A stretch of DNA of 64,000 nt from Chloroflexota bacterium (GCA_038040265.1 JBBPIP010000008.1:24844-88843), one strand, 5' to 3'. Counted from the stretch's first letter, positions 18,703-28,776 are shown. Translations and numbers: made by a program. The notes: generated from the sequence alone by a model not told the origin.

Positions 18703-19911
18703 TTGAAGCCCTGGCGCTTCGCGGTCCTGTGGCTCGTCCTCTTCGTCGTCGCCGTTTCGACAGGGGTCGAGCTCCTCTCGTACCTCTCGTACCTCGTGCT
18801 GTTCGTGGCGATCGCGATGTCAGTCCTTGCGCGTCTGACCCTCGAAGGACTCTCAGTGAAGCGATCGCTGGGGCAGTCGTATGCCCATCTCGGCGACACC
18901 ATCGAGCTCGACTACGAGCTCACCAACGATCACTCCCTCGGCAAGCTCTGGCTCGAGGTCTTCGAGAAGTCGAACTGGCCTGAGCCTCTTCCGGGTCGGG
19001 TGCTCGGCATCGGTGGCCACAAGACGCGCAAATGGAAGGTGCTCGCAAAGGCACAGCGTCGCGGGCGCTTCCGCCTCGGGCCGATCGTGCTCCGGAGCGG
19101 CGATCCATTCGGACTATTCGCGACGGAGGCCCGCGTTCCATCGGAGGCGCTCCTTCTCGTCTATCCGCGTGTCGTCCAGTTGCCGTTCTGGGCGCTTCCG
19201 GGATCGCTGCTCGAGGGCAACGTGCTCACAGGGCAGAGGTCGTTGCAGTCGACGTCCATGGTCATGGGCATCCGCGAGTACCAGCCGGGCGATGCCATGA
19301 ACCGGATTCATTGGCCGTCGTCGGTGCGCCACCGGCGGCTGCATGTGAAGGAATTCGAGCTCGACCGCACCGCGGACCTCTGGATCTACCTCGACCTCGA
19401 TGGCCGCTGGCATCACGGCGACGGCGAGGATTCCACCGAGGAGCGGGCGGTCACCGTGGCGGCGTCGGTCGTGCGCAAGGCGCTCGACGGGCACCGCAAC
19501 GTTGGCCTCGTCACGAACGGCCACCGCGCGGAAGTGCTGCACCCGGACCGGGGCACAAAGCAATTCGGAAAGCTCATGCAGTACCTCGCGGAAGTGCACG
19601 CCGGTGGAACGCGCACGCTTCAGGAGACTCTCGTCGAGACGCTCCCGCGTCTGCGGCGAGGCGCTTCGTGCCTTCTGATCACACCCTCGCTCGATCGTGG
19701 CTGGGTCCGGCCGGCGAGCACGCTCCGTGAGACCGCGATCGCGACGCAGGCCGTTCTCGTCAGCCCGCCGTTCGATCTGGACGAGCGAGACCGCGCACGT
19801 CGGCGGGCGATCCTCGGCGAGCTTGCCGTCGCCGGGGTGCCCGCGGCGCACCTCGCGGCGGGCGCCCCCATCGAAGAGCTCTTCCACGAAACGTCGGCGG
19901 CGATCGCATGA
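18703..19911 (+). CDS. DUF58 domain protein (MoxR partner)
   Basis: N-terminal TM helices and DUF58 hallmark GIREYQPGDAMNRIHWPSS. Immediately follows moxR. Confidence 0.8.
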   Translation: MKPWRFAVLWLVLFVVAVSTGVELLSYLSYLVLFVAIAMSVLARLTLEGLSVKRSLGQSYAHLGDTIELDYELTNDHSLGKLWLEVFEKSNWPEPLPGRVLGIGGHKTRKWKVLAKAQRRGRFRLGPIVLRSGDPFGLFATEARVPSEALLLVYPRVVQLPFWALPGSLLEGNVLTGQRSLQSTSMVMGIREYQPGDAMNRIHWPSSVRHRRLHVKEFELDRTADLWIYLDLDGRWHHGDGEDSTEERAVTVAASVVRKALDGHRNVGLVTNGHRAEVLHPDRGTKQFGKLMQYLAEVHAGGTRTLQETLVETLPRLRRGASCLLITPSLDRGWVRPASTLRETAIATQAVLVSPPFDLDERDRARRRAILGELAVAGVPAAHLAAGAPIEELFHETSAAIA

Positions 19912-19978
19912 AAGGACGCGTCCGCGTGGCCCTGCGGGCCCTTGATCAATCTCTCGGCGTCGCCGAGGAGACGCGTTC

Positions 19979-22273
19979 ATGACTGACCGACTCGCTCAGT
20001 CGGGCGGAGCCCGCCTTCGCTCGATCCTCCGAGTTCTCTTCCCGCCCATCGACCGCAAGAAGCTGCGCTTCCGCGGCGGATGGTTCGCGCTACCGATCTA
20101 CCTCGTGGTCATCTCGATGTATCCGCTATCGGTCCAGCACGCCGACTGGGTCGAGATCAGCGAGCAGTTCTGGTGGATCGCGCTGACGGGCGTGCTCGTC
20201 GGCACGCTCATGGGGAACGGCCGGATGCGACTCCCGCGCGCGATCCTCGCGGGCTCGTCGGTCGGGATGCTCGCGGTCGTTCTCTCGACGACGTTCGCGT
20301 CGACCGGTGGCGCGACGTTCCGCGACAAAATCACGCACCTCGCCATCCTGGTGAACAACTGGATCACGCAGGTGCTCGCCGGCGAGGCCGCGAGCGACCC
20401 GACGGTGTTCGTTCTCTTCCTAGGCGCGTCGGTCTGGTGCGCCACGTTCGTCGGCTCCTTCGTCCTGGCGCGGAACGGCCGCGTGTGGGACGCCGTGATC
20501 TTCAACGGCGCGTGTCTCGTGATCAACGTGTCCGTCGCGCTGACGAACCTCTACCCCGACCTCATCGTCTTCACGCTCGCCGTACTCGTGCTGCTCGTGC
20601 GGATCCACATCGTGAATCTGCAGGAGCGCTGGACCAAGCAGAACATCGTCCCGTCAGGCGAGATGGACTGGCGTCTCCTTCGCGGCGGGCTCACCTGGAC
20701 GACGGTGCTCGTCATCATGGCTCTCGTCACGCCGCGCGTCGGCGCCGCGGAGGTGCTGAACGGCGCATGGAGCACGTTCGAGGGTCCGTACCACAGCGTC
20801 GAAGCCGAGTGGCAGCGGTTCTTCGCGGGCGTCTCGGGGCCGAGCCGGCTTCGCGGCGTTTCGTTCTCGGATTCCATCCGCCTCGGTCAAGCTCCCAACC
20901 TCGGCGATCGCGTGATCATGACCGTCGACGCGCCGTCCGGGCATTTCTGGCGTGCAGTGACGTACGACTTCTACACGGGTGCCGGCTGGCGCACGACCGA
21001 GAGCGACAAGGCCGACAAGATCGCGCTTCCCACGACAGACCGCGAGAAGTTCGAGGCGCGGTTCGACATCATCGTCCCGCACTCGAACATCATCTTCGCG
21101 GCGAACGAGCCGCAAAAAGTGGACGTGCCCTACCAGTTCTACACAGGTGCGGACAAGACCTATTCGACGTCACTGCACGCGCTCAACCGGTCTCAGGCCG
21201 CGGGCACGTACACGGTGACGAGCCTCGTGTCCGTCGCGGACAAGCAAACGCTCCGCAGAGTCACCGGTCCGTACAGCGACTACGTGAAGTCGAAATACCT
21301 GCAGCTGCCGTCGACCCTGCCGCAGCGCGTGAAGACCTTGGCGCACCAGGTGTTGGACAACATCCCGAGCGCCTATGACCGCGCCGAGGCCCTCGAGACG
21401 TTCCTGCGAAGCCCGCCGTATTCGTACTCGGCACAGGTGAAGGCGACGCCCCCGGGCAAGGATCCCGTGGATTACTTCCTGTTCGATCTCAAACAGGACT
21501 TCTGCGAGTACTTCGCATCGGCGATGGTCGTCATGCTCCGCGAGGTCGGCGTACCCGCGCGGCTCGTCGAAGGATTCACGACCGGCACGTACGACTCGGC
21601 GGCCAACGCGTACGTGGTCCGCGAGCAGGACGCGCACGCGTGGGTCGAGGTCTACTTCCCGCAGTACGGGTGGATCGAGTTCGAGCCGACCCCGTCGCAG
21701 CCGCCCTTCCCGCGCCCGGACGCAGCGGTGCCGAACAGCGACGGGTCCACCGGCCCGGCTGGCGGAGACATCAGCGGCGATGGGAGCGATCCCGACCGGC
21801 CGAACCGCGCCGAGGATGAGCTCAACGCGGACGACGGGAGCGGTGGGTTCAGCGGCGACACCGTCGTCGCCGCCGTTCGCGCTATCGACCCGCGGCCGGC
21901 GCTCGGTTTCCTCGCCTTCCTCCTCGTGCTGCTCGCACTCGCGGTCGCGCGATTCAACTGGCGCTTCCGCCGGTACGGCCCGATCGAGTCCGCGTGGGGG
22001 AAGACCCGCCTTCTCGCGAGCTACGTAGGGTATCCGCCGCATCCGTCGCAGACCACGTACGAATACGCGAGCTCGCTCGGCGCAGCGATACCCGACACGC
22101 AGGATTCGGTGCAGAGCCTGGCGAAGGCCCGCGTCCTCGAGCGCTACTCGCCGCAGGGTGCGGACGACGACGCGCGGGAGGCCGCCGTCACGGCGTGGCA
22201 TCGGGCCGCGTCGGCGATGCTCACGCTGCTGCCGGGGCGCGTTCTCCGCTTCATCACGCACCTGTGGCGGTGA
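19979..22273 (+). CDS. transglutaminase-domain membrane protein
   Basis: Polytopic N-terminus. Cys-His-Asp-type core ([16 protein letters not shown] ... [21 protein letters not shown]). Confidence 0.85.
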   Translation: MTDRLAQSGGARLRSILRVLFPPIDRKKLRFRGGWFALPIYLVVISMYPLSVQHADWVEISEQFWWIALTGVLVGTLMGNGRMRLPRAILAGSSVGMLAVVLSTTFASTGGATFRDKITHLAILVNNWITQVLAGEAASDPTVFVLFLGASVWCATFVGSFVLARNGRVWDAVIFNGACLVINVSVALTNLYPDLIVFTLAVLVLLVRIHIVNLQERWTKQNIVPSGEMDWRLLRGGLTWTTVLVIMALVTPRVGAAEVLNGAWSTFEGPYHSVEAEWQRFFAGVSGPSRLRGVSFSDSIRLGQAPNLGDRVIMTVDAPSGHFWRAVTYDFYTGAGWRTTESDKADKIALPTTDREKFEARFDIIVPHSNIIFAANEPQKVDVPYQFYTGADKTYSTSLHALNRSQAAGTYTVTSLVSVADKQTLRRVTGPYSDYVKSKYLQLPSTLPQRVKTLAHQVLDNIPSAYDRAEALETFLRSPPYSYSAQVKATPPGKDPVDYFLFDLKQDFCEYFASAMVVMLREVGVPARLVEGFTTGTYDSAANAYVVREQDAHAWVEVYFPQYGWIEFEPTPSQPPFPRPDAAVPNSDGSTGPAGGDISGDGSDPDRPNRAEDELNADDGSGGFSGDTVVAAVRAIDPRPALGFLAFLLVLLALAVARFNWRFRRYGPIESAWGKTRLLASYVGYPPHPSQTTYEYASSLGAAIPDTQDSVQSLAKARVLERYSPQGADDDAREAAVTAWHRAASAMLTLLPGRVLRFITHLWR

Positions 22274-22761
22274 CCGCGGACCACCCCAACGTCGCGCGCG
22301 TCCGCGCTTACGCGCAGGAGCGCGGCGTCGAGCTCGTGGTGCGGCGATTCGCGTCCACGACGCGCACGGCCGAGGACGCCGCACGTGAGATCGGCACGGT
22401 CGTGCGCCGCATCGTGAAGTCGCTCGTGTTCATCGCTGACGGACGGCCTCTCGTTGTGCTCTGCTGTGGCGACAATCGCGTGAGCGTCAAACGCCTCGAG
22501 GACGTTCGCCGCGCGAGATCCGTCCGCCGAGCCACGGCGGACGAGGCGAAGGCTCACACCGGGTTTCCCATCGGCGGCGTGCCACCGTTCGCGCACGCGC
22601 AGGCCCTCGACGTGATCGCGGACCAAACGCTCGAGCGCTTCGAGACGGTCTGGGCCGCGGCTGGTCTGCCGGATGCGGTCTTCGAGATCGCGGTCGGCGA
22701 CCTCATGCGGCTCTCCGCCGGGCGTTCTGCCGCGATCGCGGCTATCCCCGGGATGGAGTGA
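22270..22761 (+). CDS. YbaK/EbsC-type aminoacyl-tRNA deacylase domain protein
   Basis: GTG at 22270 overlaps the upstream TGA. IVKSLVF...[10 protein letters not shown] motif typical of the YbaK/ProX family. Confidence 0.72.
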   Translation: MTADHPNVARVRAYAQERGVELVVRRFASTTRTAEDAAREIGTVVRRIVKSLVFIADGRPLVVLCCGDNRVSVKRLEDVRRARSVRRATADEAKAHTGFPIGGVPPFAHAQALDVIADQTLERFETVWAAAGLPDAVFEIAVGDLMRLSAGRSAAIAAIPGME

Positions 22762-22772
22762 GCGGTGCCGAG

Positions 22773-23249
22773 CTAGCGGCCGAAGAGGTACCGGGTGGTG
22801 GTGCGCGGAAAGCCGCGCACGTCCCACGCCAGGACCTTCGTCGGCGTGAGCACGTACCCGCCCTTGTCCCACTGCTCCGGCTTCGGCCGGTACTTGTACA
22901 GGCGCCCATATTTCGCGCGGTACTGCTTCGTGATGCGCTCGGCCGTCGGACGTTCCACCGATGGCACGCGGGTCGCGCGCCCTTCGACCATGACCGCGCT
23001 CGTCCCGGACTCGGCGCTCATGGCGATGCGCGGCTCCCGCGCGACGTTGCGGGCCCACTTCGTGTCGTCGCCGCCCTCGAAGTACCAGCGGTCGTCGATC
23101 CACGCGCCCCACTGGCCGACGAGGTGCGGCTTGCCGTCGGGATCGATGGTCACGAGCCAGTACGCCCGCGCGCCCTCGAGTAGCTTTCGCGTCGCGGACC
23201 AGGGCAGCATGCCGCGCTCGGTCTTGGGCACGCCGTAGCCCTTCGGCAT
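22773..23249 (-). CDS. pyridoxamine 5'-phosphate oxidase-like (split-barrel flavin/deazaflavin-binding) family protein
   Basis: MPKGYGVPKTERGMLPWS...YWLVTIDPDGKPHLV is PNPOx-fold like. ATG at 23249 chosen; the upstream part of ORF 22773..23405 is translated repeat DNA. Confidence 0.68.
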   Translation of the reverse strand: MPKGYGVPKTERGMLPWSATRKLLEGARAYWLVTIDPDGKPHLVGQWGAWIDDRWYFEGGDDTKWARNVAREPRIAMSAESGTSAVMVEGRATRVPSVERPTAERITKQYRAKYGRLYKYRPKPEQWDKGGYVLTPTKVLAWDVRGFPRTTTRYLFGR

Positions 23250-23267
23250 CTGCGGGCGCGTCGCCCG

Positions 23268-23350
23268 TGGGGCCCCCGCCCCCGGGGCCCCTACCCCGTC
23301 GGGGGCCCCTACCCCGTCGGGGGCCCCTACCCCCGGGGCCCCTACCCCTG
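23268..23350. repeat. tandem GGGGCCCCTACCCC(GTCG) repeats (G-run / palindromic intergenic array)
   Basis: Direct reading: ggggcccccgcccccggggcccctaccccgtcgggggcccctaccccgtcgggggcccctacccccggggcccctacccctg. It fills the gap between two minus-strand genes. Confidence 0.9.
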
Positions 23351-23352
23351 CG

Positions 23353-23676
23353 CTAGCGCTCTTCCTCGTCCTCGTCGTCGACGGCGTCGTCCGCTTCGAA
23401 CTCATCCGAATAGAAACCCAGCTCCTCTGACTTGAATACCGTGACCAGAAAATCCTCGCGCTCGGGATCGTGCGTCTGCACGAGCTCCTCGTCGACCTGA
23501 TCGATCACCTGCTGCAGCTCGTCGTCCGTGAGATCGACCTCCAGAAGGAGTGTCCCGTGCACCTCGAAGCGGCCGTAGTGCAGATCAATGCGACCGATGC
23601 GGCGCGCGCCGCCGTAGATCGCGAAGATCTCGCTCGATTCGGTGCGGACGGTTCGTTCGAAGCGTGAGGATTCCAC
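23353..23676 (-). CDS. hypothetical acidic protein
   Basis: 107-aa ORF with good GC3 and an acidic tail DDAVDDEDEEER. No family recognised. Confidence 0.5.
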   Translation of the reverse strand: MESSRFERTVRTESSEIFAIYGGARRIGRIDLHYGRFEVHGTLLLEVDLTDDELQQVIDQVDEELVQTHDPEREDFLVTVFKSEELGFYSDEFEADDAVDDEDEEER

Positions 23677-23695
23677 TGGCCGGCTGAGGGTACCT

Positions 23696-25258
23696 CTAGA
23701 CCCCGAGCCGCGCCGTGCGCACCGCGTTGATGTCTTCGAACGCGCTGATGCGCGCGCGCACCTCGTCGGGGACCGCGTCGTCGAGCGTGAGGATCATGAG
23801 CGCCTCGCCGCGCGGGTGAAGGCGACCGACCTGCATCGATGAGATGTTCACGTTGTGCTCGCCGAGAAGCGTGCCCACGCGTCCGACCAGGCCGGGCTTG
23901 TCCTGATGCTTGGTGAGAAGAAGGTGACCCTCCACCGGCACGTCGACCCAGAAGCCGTCGATGAACACGATCCGCGGGTCTCCTTGCACGAGCGTTCCGG
24001 CGACCTCGGTCGATCCGACCTTCACCGAGAGGAGCGATGCGTAGCGCGCCGGCTCGGTCTCGCGACGCTCGGCGATGGCGAGGCCGCGCGACCGCGCGAG
24101 GTCGAGGGCATTCACGAGATTGACGCGCTGCTCGCTGAACGTCTCGAGCACGCCCTTCACCGCGGCCGCTCGGAGCGGCTCGGCGTCGAGCTCGAGGACG
24201 GCTCCGCCGTACGCGAGCGCGAGCTGCGCGGGCCGGTCGTCGAGGAGCTGCGCGGCGAGGGACCCGAGGCGCTCCGCGAGGCGGAGCCACGCCATGCCAC
24301 CGGCTTCCTCGGCGGGCGGGCGCGGGGCGTTGACGGCGTTGCGCGCGGGCTTCCCGTCGAGGACGTCGAGGATCTGCTCGACCACGTCGACCGCGACATT
24401 GGTCTGCGCCTCGGTGGTCGATCCCGCGATGTGCGGCGTGAGCACCGTACGGGGCGCTTTCCGGATCGCGGCGTCGGCGGGAAGCGGCTCCGTCGCGAAC
24501 ACGTCGATCGCCGCGCCGCCGATCGTTCCCTTCTCCAGCGCGACCGCGAGCGCATCGAGGTCCACGATCTCGCCACGTGCCGCGTTGACGACCACCGCGG
24601 TCGGCTTCATCCGGCCGAGCGCCTCCGTACCGATGAGCCCGCGCGTCTTCTCGGTGAGCGGCACGTGAAGCGAGATGACGTCCGCCGTTCGCAGGAGCTC
24701 GTCGAGCTCGACGAGCCGCGCACCGGCGGCGCGCGCGGACGCCTCGGTCGCGAAGGGATCGTGCGCGACGACGGTCATCCCAAAGCCGCTGGCCCGGCGC
24801 GCGACCTCGCCGCCCACGCGCCCCACTCCGACCAGGCCCAATGTTTTTCCGCGTAGCTCACGGCCGATGAACTTCGAGCGCGTCCATTCGCCGGCGCGAA
24901 CGCTTCGGTCGGCGTCGACGACGCGGCGGAGGAGCGCGAGCGCGAGCGCGAGGGTGTGCTCGGCGGCGGCGACGATGTTGCCGAGCGGCGCGTTGACCAC
25001 GTACACGCCTCGCGCCGTCGCGGCCGGAACGTCGATGTTGTCGACGCCGACGCCCGCGCGACCGACGACGACGAGGTGGTCGGCCGCGTCGAGAATTTTC
25101 GCGGTGACCTTCGTCTCGCTGCGCACGATGAGCGCGTCAACGTCAGCAACGCGCGCTGCGAGCTCCGCTTCTTTCAGACCGGTTGTCTGGCGGACCTCGC
25201 AGCGCGCGCGGAGCAGCGCGAGACCCTCTTCGGCAAGAGGGTCCGCGACGTGAACGAT
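23696..25258 (-). CDS. serA: D-3-phosphoglycerate dehydrogenase (with ACT domain)
   Basis: GxGxxG (GLVGVGRVG), catalytic region and C-terminal ACT domain. My hand translation shows the conserved N-terminus (IVHVADPLAEEGLALLRARCEV...) continuing upstream of the first GTG (25126). The 5' end is therefore set at the ATC codon at 25258 (uncertain). Confidence 0.85.
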   Translation of the reverse strand: MVHVADPLAEEGLALLRARCEVRQTTGLKEAELAARVADVDALIVRSETKVTAKILDAADHLVVVGRAGVGVDNIDVPAATARGVYVVNAPLGNIVAAAEHTLALALALLRRVVDADRSVRAGEWTRSKFIGRELRGKTLGLVGVGRVGGEVARRASGFGMTVVAHDPFATEASARAAGARLVELDELLRTADVISLHVPLTEKTRGLIGTEALGRMKPTAVVVNAARGEIVDLDALAVALEKGTIGGAAIDVFATEPLPADAAIRKAPRTVLTPHIAGSTTEAQTNVAVDVVEQILDVLDGKPARNAVNAPRPPAEEAGGMAWLRLAERLGSLAAQLLDDRPAQLALAYGGAVLELDAEPLRAAAVKGVLETFSEQRVNLVNALDLARSRGLAIAERRETEPARYASLLSVKVGSTEVAGTLVQGDPRIVFIDGFWVDVPVEGHLLLTKHQDKPGLVGRVGTLLGEHNVNISSMQVGRLHPRGEALMILTLDDAVPDEVRARISAFEDINAVRTARLGV

Positions 25259-25268
25259 GTTGCGGCGG

Positions 25269-26504
25269 CTAGCGACGAGTCGCGACCGCGTCGTTCGCCG
25301 GCCGTGTGGTCGACGAGGCGCGGGCTGCGGGACGTGACGTCGGCTGCTGCTGGCTCTCCGCGTACGCGCGCAACGCCGCGGTCATTGCCACGCCCGGCTC
25401 GACGGGTTGGTTGAGGTCACGCAGCGTGAGCTCGAGTGCGCTGAAGAAAGCGACGATGTCCTGCAGCGTCACGAAGCCAAGGTGGGCGACGCGAACGAGC
25501 TGGCCCTCCATCTTTCCCTGGCCGCCGGCGACGATCGTGTCGTGGTCATCGCGCAGTACGCGGATGAGATTCCGCGCGTCGACGCGTGCGGGCGGCCGGA
25601 ACGCCGTCACCGCTGGAGACGCGTAGCGCTCGTCGGCGAAGAGCTGGAGGTTCACGGCCTGCAGGCCGCGTCGCGTGGCGCGAGCTAGATCGCGGTGACG
25701 GCGAATTATCGACTCGAGACCTTCCTCTGCCATGAGGCGGAGGGACTCCTGCAGCGCGATGAACACGGTCACCGCGGGCGTCGCCGGGGTCTGGGCCTTC
25801 TCGAGCGAGGCTTTGTACGCGGCGAGATCGAAGTACGACTTCGGCAGGTTCGACTTCTCGTACGCCTTCCAGGCTCGCGGGCTCATCGTGACCATCGCCA
25901 CGCCCGGAGGTGCACCCCACGCCTTCTGCGAGGCGGTGATCGCGACGTCGATGCCCCACTCGTCGACCTCGAGCTCGGTGCATCCCGCGCCCGAAACGCT
26001 GTCCACGAGGAAGAGCTTGCCGGAATCGCGCACAACGGCGGCGATGTCCTTGATCGGGTTCAGAACACCGGTCGATGTCTCGTTGTGCGTGATGAGAACG
26101 GCCTTCGCGGCGTCCTTGCCCTTCTCCTTGGCGAGCTCGTCGCGCACCAGGTCGGGCTCGACCGCGCGGCCGTACGGAACATCGATGCGCCGCGCGTCGA
26201 CGCCGTAGGACTTGCAGATCGCGGCGAAGCGCTCACCGAACGCGCCGCAGCTGAATACGAGGACCTTGTCGCCCGACGAGAGCGTGTTCGCGATCGCCGC
26301 TTCCAGGCCGCCGGAGCCGGACGCGGTGAGGAGCAGGACGTCGTGCTCGGTGCGCAGGAAGTCCTGGAGCGCGCGGGTCAGGGCCGCGAGCAACGCTGCG
26401 AACTCGGGGCCGCGGTGATTTATCAGAGGTCTCGCCGACGCGGCGAGCACCGCCTGAGGAACGAACGTGGGACCAGGAATGCGGAGGTTCTGCGGACGGT
26501 ACAT
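25269..26504 (-). CDS. class V aminotransferase (AGXT-like; probable phosphoserine aminotransferase given serA linkage)
   Basis: 411 aa, PLP-enzyme pattern (TASGSGGLEAAI..., ITASQKAWGAPPG). Sits immediately upstream of serA. Confidence 0.8.
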   Translation of the reverse strand: MYRPQNLRIPGPTFVPQAVLAASARPLINHRGPEFAALLAALTRALQDFLRTEHDVLLLTASGSGGLEAAIANTLSSGDKVLVFSCGAFGERFAAICKSYGVDARRIDVPYGRAVEPDLVRDELAKEKGKDAAKAVLITHNETSTGVLNPIKDIAAVVRDSGKLFLVDSVSGAGCTELEVDEWGIDVAITASQKAWGAPPGVAMVTMSPRAWKAYEKSNLPKSYFDLAAYKASLEKAQTPATPAVTVFIALQESLRLMAEEGLESIIRRHRDLARATRRGLQAVNLQLFADERYASPAVTAFRPPARVDARNLIRVLRDDHDTIVAGGQGKMEGQLVRVAHLGFVTLQDIVAFFSALELTLRDLNQPVEPGVAMTAALRAYAESQQQPTSRPAARASSTTRPANDAVATRR

Positions 26505-26567
26505 TGAGCGCCCTCCCGGTGTTGATGATGCCAGCCGCTCATCGCGGCCACAAGGCGAAAGTCAGAC

Positions 26568-27233
26568 GTGGCTGAACCGAAGTTCGCTCCGTCCATCCTT
26601 TCCGCGGACTTCGCGCGACTCGCCGAGGCAGTGCTCGCGGTCGAGCGAGCCGGCGCGGACTGGATCCACGTCGACGTGATGGACGGTCATTTCGTCCCGA
26701 ACCTCACATTTGGGCCAAAGATGGTCGCGGATCTGCGGACGGCGACCCGGCTGCCCCTCGACGTTCACCTCATGATCGAGCGGCCCGAGGACTGGGTGGA
26801 TCGGTACGCCGACGCGGGCGCCACTTATCTCACGGTCCATGTCGAAGCCTGTCAGGACGTAGCGGGGACGCTCGAGGCGATCCGGGCGCGCGGCGTCCGG
26901 CCGGGGCTGACCCTCAACCCGGAGACCCCCGTCGACGCCGTGCTGCCGTATTTGGACTCGTTCGACCTAGCGCTCGTGATGAGCGTCCATCCCGGTTTTG
27001 GCGGGCAGAAGTTCATCGAGGCCGCGCTCGACAAGGTCCGAACGATCCGCGCGGCGCTGGACGCCCGCAATCTGACAGCAGAGATCGAGGTCGACGGCGG
27101 GATCAAGCCGGACAATGCCGCCCGCGTCGTCGCTGCGGGCGCGACGGTGCTCGTCGCCGGCTCCGCAGTCTTCGAGGATCCGGACGGTCCTGTTGCGGCG
27201 CTCCGGAAGTTCAAGCAGGCGATACGACGTTAG
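26568..27233 (+). CDS. rpe: ribulose-phosphate 3-epimerase
   Basis: PSILSADF...HVDVMDGHFVPN...MSVHPGFGGQKF motifs. Confidence 0.95.
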   Translation: MAEPKFAPSILSADFARLAEAVLAVERAGADWIHVDVMDGHFVPNLTFGPKMVADLRTATRLPLDVHLMIERPEDWVDRYADAGATYLTVHVEACQDVAGTLEAIRARGVRPGLTLNPETPVDAVLPYLDSFDLALVMSVHPGFGGQKFIEAALDKVRTIRAALDARNLTAEIEVDGGIKPDNAARVVAAGATVLVAGSAVFEDPDGPVAALRKFKQAIRR

Positions 27234-27273
27234 GTGAGGCGAGATTCGGCAGCGCCGTCGGATTCGTGCGTTC

Positions 27274-27714
27274 ATGTGTAGCTGGATGCGAAGGACGCCC
27301 CGCGCGGCTGCGGCCGCGCTGCTTCGAGAGCGCGCACCCTTGATCCTGCCGCGCGTCGTCGCGGAGGCCGCTGCCGGCGATGCTTCCGAAAGGGACACCC
27401 TCGACCTGCAGCGGCGCCTCACGGCGTTCCTCGAGCGGCGCATCCCGCCGTGGGTCGACGCGCTTGCGGCGGATAACAGCGAACGCCGCGAGGCCGTCCG
27501 CCGGCTCATCGAGACCGATGCCGCGGCTGGGGACATTCCGCCCGTCGTGCTCCTCGGCACGGTCGCGATCGGCTACCGCATCATCGAAGCTGAAATACGG
27601 AAGGCGGATGTGTCCGATTTTTCGGCCGACGAGCTCTGGGCTGAGGTGGATCTCCTGCGCCGAACGGTCCTCGACATCAGACGGGAGCTGCCTGGCGGCG
27701 GCCGCGTCGCCTAG
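27274..27714 (+). CDS. hypothetical protein
   Basis: 146-aa ORF, helical, no confident family. A faint resemblance to RsbR-type N-terminal domains is unverified. Confidence 0.4.
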   Translation: MCSWMRRTPRAAAAALLRERAPLILPRVVAEAAAGDASERDTLDLQRRLTAFLERRIPPWVDALAADNSERREAVRRLIETDAAAGDIPPVVLLGTVAIGYRIIEAEIRKADVSDFSADELWAEVDLLRRTVLDIRRELPGGGRVA

Positions 27715-27719
27715 TTAGT

Positions 27720-28088
27720 TTAGTCGGCGTCGCCTAGGCCGAGCTCCCCAAGGCGCGCGTCGCTGATCCCGAAGTGGTGCGCGATCTCGTGCATGACCGT
27801 GTCGCGCACGATCTCTGCCTGACGCCGCGGCGACGCTGTGATGCGCTCGATCGGTCCGCGAAAGATGCAGATGCGGTCGGGAAGGTACGGCTCCTGCGCG
27901 CCGCGCGCGGTGAGTGGGGTTCCCTCGTAGATCCCGAGGAGGGTCCCGTCTTTGGGAAGCTGCTCCGGCGACGGCTCGTCCTCGATCACGATCTGCAAGT
28001 TCCGGATGCGCTCGTGGAACTCGGCCGGAAGCTCGTCTAATGCGTTACGCACGAGGCGCGCGAAGCGCGCGCGGCGCAGATCCGACAC
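27720..28088 (-). CDS. small zincin-like metallopeptidase family protein
   Basis: 122 aa with HExxH (MHEIAHHFG). Confidence 0.75.
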   Translation of the reverse strand: MSDLRRARFARLVRNALDELPAEFHERIRNLQIVIEDEPSPEQLPKDGTLLGIYEGTPLTARGAQEPYLPDRICIFRGPIERITASPRRQAEIVRDTVMHEIAHHFGISDARLGELGLGDAD

Positions 28089-28104
28089 GTTCCGACTCTA
28101 AGCC

Positions 28105-28776
28105 TCAAGCGGCGCAGGCCGATCTCACGCGCGCGAGCGCGCGCGCTCGCAGGCGGCACACGCCGGATTCCGAGAGGCCCACCTCGCCGCCGATCTCGCG
28201 GAGGGTCAACCCTCGCCCGTACGAGAGCACGAGCACGCGACGCTCGAGGGGATCCAGGTCGCGAAGCGCGCTCGCTACCTGCGGCCAGCGCTCGTTCTGT
28301 CGATCGGGTGCGCGCTGCACTTCAGGCACGTCGCCGATCCGATCGAGCGAGACTTCGACGTACGGGGGACTTGCGCCGCGATCGTCGCCGGCCTGCTGCG
28401 CCGCCCGGAAGGCGCGCCGCGCACTACGCGTGAGCGGGTCGCGTTCGCGGAGGGCGTCCAGGATCTGACCACGCACACGTTGCGCGGCGTATGCGCCGAA
28501 CGATGCGCCACGGTCACCCCGATATCTGCTTGCCGCCTGCACTAACCCGACGATTCCCCAAGCGACGAGATCCTCGCGGTCCGCACCGCGGCAGCGCGGG
28601 TCGATCGCGCGCGACGCTACCGCGCGTGCGTATGAAAGGTGCTCGACGATGCGCGCCTCGACGGTGTTCGGCTCGGGCGACGCTACCACCGCGCTAACCT
28701 TCCGAGCTGGTGATCGCGCTCCAAGCCTCGGCGGTCCTGATGTGGTTGGTCGCCGCCGGCTTTGGGATCCCGGCAC
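28105..28776 (-). CDS. sigma-70 family RNA polymerase sigma factor (group 3, FliA/WhiG/SigB-like)
   Basis: Region 2 (DLVAWGIVGLVQAASRYRGDRGASFGAYAAQRVRG) and region 4 HTH (LTLREIGGEVGLSESGVCRL). The true start may be the GTG at 28689. Confidence 0.8.
   Translation of the reverse strand: MPGSQSRRRPTTSGPPRLGARSPARKVSAVVASPEPNTVEARIVEHLSYARAVASRAIDPRCRGADREDLVAWGIVGLVQAASRYRGDRGASFGAYAAQRVRGQILDALRERDPLTRSARRAFRAAQQAGDDRGASPPYVEVSLDRIGDVPEVQRAPDRQNERWPQVASALRDLDPLERRVLVLSYGRGLTLREIGGEVGLSESGVCRLRARALARVRSACAA

Noticed and set aside
23250-23405. N-terminal extension with GVGAPDGVGAP repeats on the PNPOx-like gene
   Set aside because: The extension is a translation of the intergenic GGGGCCCC tandem array and would also overlap the upstream gene's 3' end. 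A good ATG at 23249 gives a normal-length protein.
27274-28776. Possible partner-switching or anti-sigma module (hypothetical protein, zincin peptidase, sigma factor)
   Set aside because: I could recognise no STAS, HATPase or anti-sigma zinc-finger motif. The adjacency alone is insufficient, so these are listed as individual genes only.
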